In this document: piece by piece, positions 34,604-43,406 of the stretch | How the letters are laid out: each line of letters starts with the position of its first letter | Position numbering within the stretch: the stretch's first letter is position 1 | Assembly (NCBI GenBank): GCA_035300445.1 | Contig: DATGVL010000048.1 | Span: forward strand, 13,361-77,360 | Direction: 5' to 3' | Length of the DNA stretch: 64,000 nucleotides | Source: Steroidobacteraceae bacterium | Lineage (GTDB): Bacteria; Pseudomonadota; Gammaproteobacteria; Steroidobacterales; Steroidobacteraceae | Notes under the pieces: model-generated | What the model saw: only the letters and a program-made list of their open reading frames with translations | The model's database searches: none | Told to the model about the DNA's origin: nothing | Position numbers and translations under genes: made by a program

Positions 34604-35731
34604 TCAGTATCCGCGCTCGACGTCCACCACCGACAGCAGCGGCTCGCCCGCGACATAGCGGCGCAGATTCTCGCGCAGCACCGCGACGCGCTGCTCATCG
34701 GCCAGCGGCGTATCGGCCGACACGTGCGGGGTGATGATGAGGTTCGGCAGACGCCACAGGGGGCTGTCGGAGGGCAGGGGCTCGGGATCGAAGACGTCGA
34801 GGCCCGCGCCGGCGAGCTTGCCGCTGTTGAGTGCGGCGATCAGGTCCGCGGTCACCGTGCTGCGCCCGCGCCCCACGCTGATGAAGTAAGCGCCGGGCTT
34901 GAGGCTGGCGAAGAACTCGCGGTTGAAGATACCGGTCGTCTGGGGCGTGAGCGGCGCGCAATTGACCACGAAGTCGGCATCCTTCGCCAGCTTCAGCAGC
35001 TCATCGGGTAGTCCGACGTAGCTCACGTAGTCAGGTCCGGTGCGGCCGCTGGCGCGGGTCGCGGTCACGCGCATGCCGAAAGCGTGCGCGCGCCGGGCGA
35101 CTTCGGTGCCGATACCCCCCAGGCCCACTACCAGCACGGTCTTGCCCTCCAGGTCGGCCAGGGGCGGCGCGTTGTCCTGCGTCCAACGGCCCTGTTGCTG
35201 CTCCTTCAGGAAGTAGTCCAGGTGGCGACTCAACATCAGCATCATCCCCAGCACATGCTCGGCCATGCTGGGGCCCATGGTGCGCTGCAGGTTGGTCAGC
35301 AGCAGATGACGCTCGCGCATCAGGGGCTGCTGCACGCAACGCTCGACGCCGGCGGCCGGCCATTGGATCCACTGCAGCTGCTTCGCCTGCGCCAGCACCT
35401 CGGCCGAGCACACCCCGAAGGTGACGTCCGCGGCGGCAATCTCGCGCGGGGTCGCCGCGGCGATGTTGATGAGCTTGGCGTGTGGGGCCGCCTGCTGCAG
35501 CAGCGGCAGCTCGTCATGCAGCTGCTCGCTCACCAGCACGATGCGCGGCGGCCGCCAGCCGGGGCGCTCGCGCGCCGGCTGCGCCGCGACGTGCAGGCCG
35601 AGCTTCTCGATCAACTGGGCGGTGGATGCCTCGCCCACGGCAGGGTTCGCGGCGAGCGCGCGCGTGGGGACGCTGAGCGCATACAGGCTCAAGGTGACTG
35701 CCACCGTGAGGAGGCGGGGCCTGATCAGCAT
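34604..35731 (-). CDS. D-isomer-specific 2-hydroxyacid dehydrogenase family protein with an N-terminal signal-peptide-like extension
   Basis: NAD-binding motif VLVVGLGGIGTEVARRA and catalytic context GRGRS, DVFDPEP, TPHVSA. The N-terminus MLIRPRLLTVAVTLSLYALSVPTRALAANP looks like a Sec signal peptide. Confidence 0.8.
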   Translation of the reverse strand: MLIRPRLLTVAVTLSLYALSVPTRALAANPAVGEASTAQLIEKLGLHVAAQPARERPGWRPPRIVLVSEQLHDELPLLQQAAPHAKLINIAAATPREIAAADVTFGVCSAEVLAQAKQLQWIQWPAAGVERCVQQPLMRERHLLLTNLQRTMGPSMAEHVLGMMLMLSRHLDYFLKEQQQGRWTQDNAPPLADLEGKTVLVVGLGGIGTEVARRAHAFGMRVTATRASGRTGPDYVSYVGLPDELLKLAKDADFVVNCAPLTPQTTGIFNREFFASLKPGAYFISVGRGRSTVTADLIAALNSGKLAGAGLDVFDPEPLPSDSPLWRLPNLIITPHVSADTPLADEQRVAVLRENLRRYVAGEPLLSVVDVERGY

Positions 35732-35761
35732 GACGAGCTCTCCCTGCGGGGGACGTGCAGT

Positions 35762-36493
35762 CTACGCCATGCCTCCGCTGACCGAGATGATCTGTGCGGT
35801 CACGTAGGAAGCATCCTCCGACACCAGAAACGACACGACGCCGGCAATCTCCTCGGGGGCCCCCAAGCGGTTCATGGGTACCAGCCGCTCGATGGCCCGG
35901 GCGTCGAACAGTCCGGCCGTCATCGGGGTCTCGACGATGCCGGGGGCCACGGCGTTCACCGTGACGCCGCGGGTCGCTACTTCGAGCGCGAGCGCCTTGG
36001 TGGCGGAGTTGAGGGCCCCCTTGGCGGCGGCATAGTTGACCTGGCCCTTGTTGCCGATCAGCGCGGCGATGGATGACACGTTGACGATCCGGCCCCAGCG
36101 GGTGCGGATCATCGGCAGCAGCAGCGGCTGGGTGGCGTTGAAGAAGCCGTTGACCGACACGTCGATCACCCGGTGCCATGCTTGCGGGCTCATGCCCGGC
36201 AACACCGCGTCATCGTGCACCCCTGCGTTGTTGACCAGGATCTGGATGGGACCTGCCTCGAGCACCGCCTCGAGGGCGGCGCGTGTGGCGGCGCTATCGG
36301 TGATGTCGAAGTTGATGGCGCTGGCGTGCCCCCCCCCCGCGACGATGTCCCGCACCAGCGCTTCGGCCACCGCCACGCCCCGATGCGAGTGCACGTACAC
36401 GTGGTGGCCATCACGCGCCAGGCGGCGGCACAGCGCACCACCGATGCCACCGCTGCCGCCCGTCACCAGGGCGCGCCGGGGAGCGGCGCTCAT
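35762..36493 (-). CDS. 3-oxoacyl-ACP reductase (ketoreductase of the aryl-polyene cluster)
   Basis: ALVTGGSGGIGGALCRRL, NNAG and SSIAALIGNKGQVNYAAAKGA. ATGA overlap with the upstream dehydratase gene. Confidence 0.88.
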   Translation of the reverse strand: MSAAPRRALVTGGSGGIGGALCRRLARDGHHVYVHSHRGVAVAEALVRDIVAGGGHASAINFDITDSAATRAALEAVLEAGPIQILVNNAGVHDDAVLPGMSPQAWHRVIDVSVNGFFNATQPLLLPMIRTRWGRIVNVSSIAALIGNKGQVNYAAAKGALNSATKALALEVATRGVTVNAVAPGIVETPMTAGLFDARAIERLVPMNRLGAPEEIAGVVSFLVSEDASYVTAQIISVSGGMA

Positions 36494-36969
36494 GCGTGGG
36501 TACCGGCGTCGAACACGATGCTGGCGCGCCCGCTCACGAGCGGCTGCTGCGCGCTCCACACCGAGAACTCATACAGCACCGTGCGTGCGTCGCCGGTGAC
36601 CCGCTCGGCGGCGGCGATGAGATCCGCCTGCAGATCGTCCAGGCGCACGACGTGCAGCGAGACGTTGCGCACGCTCGCCAGGTAGCCGACGCTCGCGCCG
36701 ATGCTGCCGCGTACGCTGGTGGAAACGGTGCTGGCGAGCGGCGCGCTGGCGGCCACCAGTGCGCCATGCACCGCCATGGCCTGCGCGGCGTACTCGATGC
36801 CGCAGGCGGCGCCCAGGCGCCCGTGCTGGCGCAGCGGATTATCGGGGCTGCGATGTGTCGCGCTGCGGCAGCGAATGCGCGTGGCGTCCCAGGACAACAC
36901 CTCATCGAGCAGGCACATGCGGCCCTTGTGGGGGATGTGCTGCTCGATCCATTGTCGGTCTAACGGCAT
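36490..36969 (-). CDS. Hotdog-fold 3-hydroxyacyl-ACP dehydratase (APE-cluster type)
   Basis: MPLDRQWIEQHIPHKGRMCLLDEVLSWD...GIEYAAQAMAVHG resembles the FabA/FabZ-like ApeP/ApeI class. ATG at 36969 lies inside the longer ORF. Confidence 0.75.
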   Translation of the reverse strand: MPLDRQWIEQHIPHKGRMCLLDEVLSWDATRIRCRSATHRSPDNPLRQHGRLGAACGIEYAAQAMAVHGALVAASAPLASTVSTSVRGSIGASVGYLASVRNVSLHVVRLDDLQADLIAAAERVTGDARTVLYEFSVWSAQQPLVSGRASIVFDAGTHA

Positions 36970-37769
36970 GCGCTCACCTCCACGGCCAGGCGCTTGCCGG
37001 CGAGGTATTCGAGCAGCACGCGGCCCGTGCTGCGCCGCGCCAGGTGTGCGAGCAGCGGCAGGCTGCGGGCGGCAGGAATCGAGCGGCGTAAGCCGTCGAG
37101 CGCGCACTCAGCCATGCCATCCGCCGGGGCGTCACTCAGTGCGGCGGTGAGGTGCGCCTGCGAGGCCGCCCCTGGCGCCGGCGCCAGCACCAGCGCCACA
37201 CCGAACGCATCCGGGATGGGACGGTGCTGATGCAGGGGCTCGGGGTAACCCGCGTCGTAGGCGACGAGCAGTACGGTGGTTCGCTCAACAGCCACCTGAA
37301 GTAAGGCCTCCAGCAGTCCCGCTGCAAAGCTCGCATCATAGGCGCACAGCGCATTGGAAGCGGGGGTGGCCTGGGTCGCAATGCTCCAGTAGCCGGCGGC
37401 GGCGTTGTGCACGGAGTTATGAAAGCGGGTGGGCGAGAGGTGTCGCTCAGCCGAGGCCAGCACCTGGCAGATCTCGTGACAGTTCTGACCGTCGCCACCG
37501 GAGGAAGCGAACACCGCCGCCAGAGCCGCCGGATCCGCGCCGGCGCGCGCGGTCGCTTCCAGCCCCACCGCCAGCGCCAGCCGCACGACGGTGCCGGTGC
37601 GCCGCCGCTCGGCGCTCGGCAGACACTCGGGCGCGGGCAGCACCGTCGGCGCGCGCGCCCAGGGTGTCTCCCGGGTGAGCAGGCGTGCCCCGGCCGGCCA
37701 GTCACCGATGCCCGGTCCGAGGAGCCCGATGCCGTTCACGTACGCCGCGAGGGCCGCCATCGCGCTCAC
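36960..37769 (-). CDS. Beta-ketoacyl synthase N-terminal-like protein (probable KS partner / chain-length-factor-like)
   Basis: 269 aa with AYVNGIGLLGPGIGDW, LPSAERRRTG and FHNSVHNAAAGYWSI. It lacks the full KS His-His region and overlaps the KS gene by 4 nt. Confidence 0.7.
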   Translation of the reverse strand: MSAMAALAAYVNGIGLLGPGIGDWPAGARLLTRETPWARAPTVLPAPECLPSAERRRTGTVVRLALAVGLEATARAGADPAALAAVFASSGGDGQNCHEICQVLASAERHLSPTRFHNSVHNAAAGYWSIATQATPASNALCAYDASFAAGLLEALLQVAVERTTVLLVAYDAGYPEPLHQHRPIPDAFGVALVLAPAPGAASQAHLTAALSDAPADGMAECALDGLRRSIPAARSLPLLAHLARRSTGRVLLEYLAGKRLAVEVSACR

Positions 37770-38959
37770 CCGGCCCGGCCGAAGATCAGGCTGCAGTTGG
37801 AGCCGCCGAAGCCGAAGGAGTTGCTCATGACGCGCGCGAGGGGCGTGGCACGGTTATCGCGCAGGTAGTGCACGGACAGCGCCGGGTCGACCTCGGTGGT
37901 GTTGACGCCCGCCGGCATCACTGCGTGCTGCAACGCGAGCGCGCAGATCACCGCCTCGAGCGCGCCGGCGGCGCCGAGCGTGTGACCGGTCGCGCCCTTG
38001 GTCGAGCTGCCGGGGATCGAATTGCCGAGCACACCGGTCACGGCGCGCGCCTCGGCGTCATCGTTGCTCGGCGTGCCGGTACCGTGAAAGTTGATGTATT
38101 CGATGTCCTGCGGGGCGAGTGCGGCGGAGTGCAGCGCCTGCAGCATGGCGGTGCGTGCGCCGCGGCCTTGCGGATGCGGAGCGGACATGTGGTGCGCGTC
38201 GCTCGATTCGCCCACCCCGAGCAGCAGCACCGCATTCGCGTCCAGGCTCTCTGCGGGACGCTCGAGCAGCGCGAAGGCCGCGGCTTCGCCGATGGAAATG
38301 CCGTCGCGCGCGACGTCGAAGGGCCGGCACGGCGTGCGCGACACCAGCTGCAGGGAGTGAAAGCCATAGAGCGTGGTGAGGCACAGCGAGTCCACCCCGC
38401 CGACGAGGGCGGCGTCGATCAGCCCCGCCTCGATGGCGCGCCGCGCCGAGGCGAACACCTTGGCGCTGGAGGAGCACGCGCACGAGATCACCACGGCCGG
38501 ACCCGACAGCTCCAGGGCCTGCTGCGCGAACGCCGCGAGCGAGAACGTGTTGTGCGCGCCGCGGTAGCGAAAGTGCGCCGGCAGCGCACCGCTCACCGGG
38601 TCGCGCTCGCGGTAGGCGAGCTCGGTCTCGAGGATGCCCGAGGTGCTGGTGCCGAGAAACACCCCGACGCGCTCGCGCCCGTAGCGGGCGGCGGCGCGCT
38701 TCACCGCCTCGGCAAGACCGTCCTGCGCGAGGCCGAGGTGGGCAAGGCGATTGTTGCGACACTCGAACTCGTGCAGCGTCGCAGGGAGCGGGGCGTCATC
38801 GACGCCCGCCACCTCGCCGACCCAGGTGTCGAGCGTCGCCGTCTCGAAGGCGCACGGGACAAGCCCGGTGCGCCGCTCGCGCAGCGTGGCGAGCGTGGCG
38901 GCGACACCGCGACCGATGCAGCTCGTGGCCGTGAAGCTCGTGAGCGCGAGCGGATTCAT
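37766..38959 (-). CDS. Beta-ketoacyl-ACP synthase (FabF/FabB-like KS of the aryl-polyene cluster)
   Basis: Active-site Cys in VISCACSSSAKVF, His motifs NFHGTGTPSND and GHTLGAAGALE, and C-terminal SNSFGFGGSNCSLIFG. Confidence 0.9.
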   Translation of the reverse strand: MNPLALTSFTATSCIGRGVAATLATLRERRTGLVPCAFETATLDTWVGEVAGVDDAPLPATLHEFECRNNRLAHLGLAQDGLAEAVKRAAARYGRERVGVFLGTSTSGILETELAYRERDPVSGALPAHFRYRGAHNTFSLAAFAQQALELSGPAVVISCACSSSAKVFASARRAIEAGLIDAALVGGVDSLCLTTLYGFHSLQLVSRTPCRPFDVARDGISIGEAAAFALLERPAESLDANAVLLLGVGESSDAHHMSAPHPQGRGARTAMLQALHSAALAPQDIEYINFHGTGTPSNDDAEARAVTGVLGNSIPGSSTKGATGHTLGAAGALEAVICALALQHAVMPAGVNTTEVDPALSVHYLRDNRATPLARVMSNSFGFGGSNCSLIFGRAG

Positions 38960-38970
38960 GCGCCGCTAGT

Positions 38971-39810
38971 CTACGTCAGACGCCCGGCACGATCTGCGGC
39001 CGCGCGCAGCGTGATGGGGGTGAGCCGCGCGGCGGTGACCGCCGCCAGCAGGAGCGGCAGCACCTCCAGGATCACCGCGCCGCCGGCGGCGGTGCGCGCG
39101 GCGTGTCCATCGTGCAGCAGCAGGATGTCACCGCTCTGGAGGTGGCGAGTGAGTCTGCCGAGCACGCGAGCAGGACTGCCGCTCAGGGTGTCAAAGCCGC
39201 GCCGGGTCCAGCTCACCAGGCGCAGATTGGCGCGCGCCAGCACCGGCTCGAGGAAGGGGTTGCGCAAGCCCGCGGGCGCACGAAAGAACCGCGCGACTTC
39301 CCCGGTCGCCGCCGCGATGCTCTGCTGCGCGCGCCCGATCTCCTGCGCCAGCGCGCGGGGCCCGAGGAGCGAGAAGCGATGCAGATGGCGCTGGCTGTGA
39401 TTCTCGATGGCGTGGCCGCAGCGCACGATCTCGCGGGCCAGGCCCGGGTGTCGGGCCACCCGCTCGCCGATGCAGAAGAAGGTGGCCCTGGCGCCGTGCG
39501 CCTCGAGGAGCGCCAGCACGCGCGGGGTGACCTCCGGATCGGGGCCATCGTCGATGGTGATGGCGATGGCCGGGCCGCCGGCACCGGCCGGCAGCCGGGT
39601 CCAGTTCGGGCCCAGCAGGCGACTGCGCGGCCACAGGCCTGCGGCGGTGAGCAGCAGATGATCGGCCACCACCGCCGACAGTGCCCACGGCCACCACCGC
39701 GGGCGTGCGAGCAGCGCGCCCACGGCGCCGAGGTGCAGCGCCACCGAGCCACGCAGCAGCACGGACGGCCGCCGCGGTTGCGGCGCGGACCGCTCAGGCA
39801 TGAGCAGCAC
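38971..39810 (-). CDS. Polysaccharide deacetylase family protein (NodB homology domain), membrane anchored
   Basis: IAITIDDGPDPEVTPRVLALLEAHGARATFFCIG and IENHSQRH NodB motifs, plus N-terminal hydrophobic segments. Confidence 0.8.
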   Translation of the reverse strand: MLLMPERSAPQPRRPSVLLRGSVALHLGAVGALLARPRWWPWALSAVVADHLLLTAAGLWPRSRLLGPNWTRLPAGAGGPAIAITIDDGPDPEVTPRVLALLEAHGARATFFCIGERVARHPGLAREIVRCGHAIENHSQRHLHRFSLLGPRALAQEIGRAQQSIAAATGEVARFFRAPAGLRNPFLEPVLARANLRLVSWTRRGFDTLSGSPARVLGRLTRHLQSGDILLLHDGHAARTAAGGAVILEVLPLLLAAVTAARLTPITLRAAADRAGRLT

Positions 39811-40453
39811 TCACGAACCGGGCATCGAGAAAATTCTCCCAGAGCCGATACCAGGTGGGCCAGTCGTGGCCGCCCGGCACGATGTCCACGCTCCCGGGGG
39901 CGAGCGCGGCGGCCATCAGCCGATGCCGCGGTGCGAAGCGATCCTCGCGCCCGAGCCCCAGATGGATCGGCAGCGCGCGCGCGCCGAGCGTCTGGATGAA
40001 ACGCCAGATGCGCCGCTCTTGGTCATCCGCGGCGATCTCACCCGGGCGCCAGGCGTGCACGCCGTCGGCGCGGGCAATCTCATCGGTCATGATGTGACTG
40101 CCCAGGTAGGGGGCGAACAGGCACAGCCCGTCGATCTCCTGCGGGTAGCGCTCCGCGCAGCACAGCGCAACGTAACCCCCGAGCGAGATCCCGCCCAGCC
40201 AGATCGAGCAACCCTGCGCCCGCGCCGGCAGCAGCAGCTCCTGCCGCACCCGCGCGAGCAAGGTGCGGTCGGTGAGGTGCTGCAGCTCGAGCCGCGCGAA
40301 CAGCAGGTCGACTTCCAGGTGCCGTTGGCGCACCGCCCGGGCAAATCCTGCGCGCACGAAATCCTCGGGCCCGCTGTAGGCGGCGGGCAACATGAGCACT
40401 CGCATGGGCGCGCTGTGCCCGGCGTGCGCGGCGTCCGCGATGGTGTGCATCAT
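39794..40453 (-). CDS. Alpha/beta-hydrolase (esterase/thioesterase-like)
   Basis: GxSxG nucleophile elbow (GGISLGG), candidate Asp (GREDRF) and candidate His (GGHDW). Start may be 40453 or the ATG at 40405. Confidence 0.65.
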   Translation of the reverse strand: MMHTIADAAHAGHSAPMRVLMLPAAYSGPEDFVRAGFARAVRQRHLEVDLLFARLELQHLTDRTLLARVRQELLLPARAQGCSIWLGGISLGGYVALCCAERYPQEIDGLCLFAPYLGSHIMTDEIARADGVHAWRPGEIAADDQERRIWRFIQTLGARALPIHLGLGREDRFAPRHRLMAAALAPGSVDIVPGGHDWPTWYRLWENFLDARFVSAAHA

Positions 40454-42816
40454 GAGCCAGCCGCCGGCGCCGCATCCGCTGCCGGGCGCGCCAGCAGCGC
40501 TGCGAACAACAACGCCAGCAGCGTCCCGGGCGCCACGGTGGACCCCAGGTCCGCGAGCACCGGGACGCTGGAGGAGGCGAGCACGCCGAAGGTCAGCACG
40601 GTGGCGATGTTGGCGACCAGGAGCGATGCGAGCGTCAGCGGCACGGAACCGGAACGCGCACTCGCGCTGCTGCGATCGAAGAACAGCGCGTAGTTCGAGC
40701 CCACGGCAACGATCAGCAACATGCCGACGACGTGCAGGATGGTCAGCCGCTCACCGAGGGCCACCAGCAGCCCCGCGACTGCCAGCACCGACAGCGCGAG
40801 CGGCGCCACCACCCGCGCGACCCGCGCAATCGAGCGCAGGGCGGCCCACAGCAACAGCACGATGGCCCCGAAGCCGGCGAGCGCCAGCCGCACGGCTTCC
40901 GACAGATAACCGGCATACAACCGATCGGCTTCGCCCTTCAGATCAAGCAGCACGGCGTGCACGCCGCGCGCCTGCGCCAGTGCGGCGCGCACGCGCTCGA
41001 CGGCGCTCGCGGGCAGATCCGCGGACGCCACCGCGGACAGCGGCAGCAGCGCCGACCAGCCCCCGCCGCTCTTGACCAGCAGGCCTTGCGCGGCGGCGGC
41101 GAGTGAGGTGCCCTGGAGGTCGGCGCTGGTCAGCGGCGGCGCGGTGCGCGAGCGCTCGACGTCAATGAGAAACGGCTGCAACCGCGCCGCGCTCACCGGC
41201 AGACCCGCGAGGCCCTGCTGCAGCCGCGCGCTCAATTCCGCGGGCGCCGGAAGACTCGCGCGGCGCGCGCGCTGCGTGGCCAGTGGCGGCAGGAAGCGGG
41301 CCGGGGACTCGAAGCCCCCGATCACGCCCTGATCGATGAGCGGCGTGAGAAGCGCTCCCAGTGTGTGGGCGGCGGTGAGGGCGGATTCGCGGTCCGGCGC
41401 GGATGCGACGATCGCGTAGCGCACATCCGGGGCGCCGGCCTGCGCACGCAGCTGTTCATCGAGCGCCTGGTCCGCCGCGGGAGTCGGGTTCAGCGCCGAC
41501 AATTCGCGATTCCAGAGCGTGCCGCGATGCGCATACAGGACGGCGCCGGCCAGCAGCGGCACCAGCACGAGCGTGCCGCGGAATTGCCTCAGCTTCTGCA
41601 CCGCGCGCGCCAGACGTTCGCCCGGCGCGCTCAGGTCGCGCACGGTGAAGCTGCGCGGCAACCACCCCGGGAGCACGAAGCGCGTGACCAGCGCCGCCGC
41701 CACGAGTCCCGTGACCGAATACAGCCCCAGCTGCGCCAGGCCAGGAAACGCGGACGGCAGGAGCGCGGCGAACCCGCAGATCGAAGTGAGCACGCCCAAG
41801 CGGATCGTCGGCCACACCGCGTGCCGCCAGTGCACGGCGCCCTGGATGAAGAGATAAATGGAGTAGTCCACCGCCTCACCGATCAGCGTGACGCCGAAGC
41901 CGAGCGTGATGCCGTGCACGGCATCGAACCCCAGCGCAACGGCGGCCACCCCGGCGAGGGCGCCGCAGGCGACCGGTACGAGCGTGAGCAGCAGCGCCGG
42001 CAGCGAGCGATACACGCACAGCAGCAGCACCGCGACGAGTGCGGCGCTCACGCCAGAGAGGCGCATCACCTCGCTCTTGATCGTGGCGCGCGAGGCCACC
42101 GCGAACACCGGCGGTCCGCTCATCAACAATCCGACCCCCCGCCGGTCGGCCGGCGGGATCGTCGCCAGGCTCGAGGCGAATGCCCCCCGGATGGCCTGGC
42201 ACGCCGCCTGTTGCGCGTCGGTGTCGGAGCCGGCGGCGCGGACCTGCACCATGAGCAGCGCGCGCGCGCCATCGCGCGAGCTCCACACCCCGAGGGTGGT
42301 GTGCGGACCGCGCTCCGGTCCGAGAGCCGCGAGAATCGTGAGCATCTCGCCGGTCGGATCGCGCGTGAACAGCGGTTTGATCAGAGCGCCCTCGGGCGAG
42401 GCCAGCAGGTCGAGCGAGTCGGTGATCGCCGCACGCAGCCCCTCCACCGTGAAGCGCTGTGCGGTGACTGTCTCACTCAGCAGGTAGCGGTGGCGAAACA
42501 GAAACTCCCGCTCGCGCTCGAGGCTCGCCGCGTCACCATTGTTGACGGCGATGAAGCGCGGGTCGGGTCTGAGCTCGCGGGCGAGCTGCGCCGACAGATG
42601 CGCGCGCGTGAGCGCATCCGCGCCCTCGAGCGCCACGAGGATGAGGCGCCCGGCGGGGCCGCTGCGCAACTGCTCGATCAGGAGGGTCTGGGTCGCGCTC
42701 GGGTTGCGGGGCAGAAACGCCGACAGGTCGGCGGTGTAGGTGGCGCGTGCGACGAGGGCGACGGCGATGACCACCAGCAGCCCCCAGATCAGGTCCGCGG
42801 CAGCCGGCCGGGTCAT
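40450..42816 (-). CDS. MMPL/RND-superfamily exporter (ApeM-like)
   Basis: 788 aa with two blocks of TM helices separated by soluble domains, as expected for MMPL proteins of aryl-polyene/xanthomonadin clusters. 4-nt overlaps on both sides. Confidence 0.8.
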   Translation of the reverse strand: MTRPAAADLIWGLLVVIAVALVARATYTADLSAFLPRNPSATQTLLIEQLRSGPAGRLILVALEGADALTRAHLSAQLARELRPDPRFIAVNNGDAASLEREREFLFRHRYLLSETVTAQRFTVEGLRAAITDSLDLLASPEGALIKPLFTRDPTGEMLTILAALGPERGPHTTLGVWSSRDGARALLMVQVRAAGSDTDAQQAACQAIRGAFASSLATIPPADRRGVGLLMSGPPVFAVASRATIKSEVMRLSGVSAALVAVLLLCVYRSLPALLLTLVPVACGALAGVAAVALGFDAVHGITLGFGVTLIGEAVDYSIYLFIQGAVHWRHAVWPTIRLGVLTSICGFAALLPSAFPGLAQLGLYSVTGLVAAALVTRFVLPGWLPRSFTVRDLSAPGERLARAVQKLRQFRGTLVLVPLLAGAVLYAHRGTLWNRELSALNPTPAADQALDEQLRAQAGAPDVRYAIVASAPDRESALTAAHTLGALLTPLIDQGVIGGFESPARFLPPLATQRARRASLPAPAELSARLQQGLAGLPVSAARLQPFLIDVERSRTAPPLTSADLQGTSLAAAAQGLLVKSGGGWSALLPLSAVASADLPASAVERVRAALAQARGVHAVLLDLKGEADRLYAGYLSEAVRLALAGFGAIVLLLWAALRSIARVARVVAPLALSVLAVAGLLVALGERLTILHVVGMLLIVAVGSNYALFFDRSSASARSGSVPLTLASLLVANIATVLTFGVLASSSVPVLADLGSTVAPGTLLALLFAALLARPAADAAPAAGS

Positions 42817-43406
42817 GGGGGAATTTCGGGACCGAGGGTGAGGAGCGAGGTATCGCCGTCGCTCTGGCGGATCTGCACGGTGCGTATCACATCGCGCTCG
42901 CCTTCGATGCGGACGTCCTGCACGGCGCCCGCGAGGCTCGCGTCCACGGGCACCAGGAGCAGCGTCCAGTGCGCGAGCGTGCCGTCGAACTGAACGCGGA
43001 AACTGCGCTCCAGCGCCGCGCGATCTCCGGCGAGCGTGGCGCGGATACTCTCGACGAACGGCGCCACCTGCGGATGCTCGCGCAGCTCCATGACGTAGGT
43101 GCGCTGTCCACGGCGCGCCGTCAGCACGCCGTGCTCCAGCACCAGGGTCTGCGCCTTGGGTTTCAGCGTGCGCTTCTCCAGGCGATCGGGTGCGTCGTAC
43201 AGCAGCTCACCGGATGATTGCAGCGGGCGCTCGAGCATCGCCAGCTGCTGCACCTCGGTGAAGGCGACGTGGCCATGCCGGCGCGCCGCGAGGAGCCGCA
43301 GAAGCTCATCGAACGCCGGCGCCGCGGCGGCCTGAGCGGCCGCGGCGCAGGCAGCGGCGAGTGCCAGCGTGCTCGCAACGCCGACGGCGCGGCGCTGCCG
43401 TCTCAC
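42813..43406 (-). CDS. LolA-like outer-membrane lipoprotein carrier family protein
   Basis: Signal peptide (MRRQRRAVGVASTLALAAACAAAAQA). FTEVQQLAMLERPLQSSGELLY and the size (197 aa) match LolA-like proteins of APE clusters. Confidence 0.7.
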   Translation of the reverse strand: MRRQRRAVGVASTLALAAACAAAAQAAAAPAFDELLRLLAARRHGHVAFTEVQQLAMLERPLQSSGELLYDAPDRLEKRTLKPKAQTLVLEHGVLTARRGQRTYVMELREHPQVAPFVESIRATLAGDRAALERSFRVQFDGTLAHWTLLLVPVDASLAGAVQDVRIEGERDVIRTVQIRQSDGDTSLLTLGPEIPP

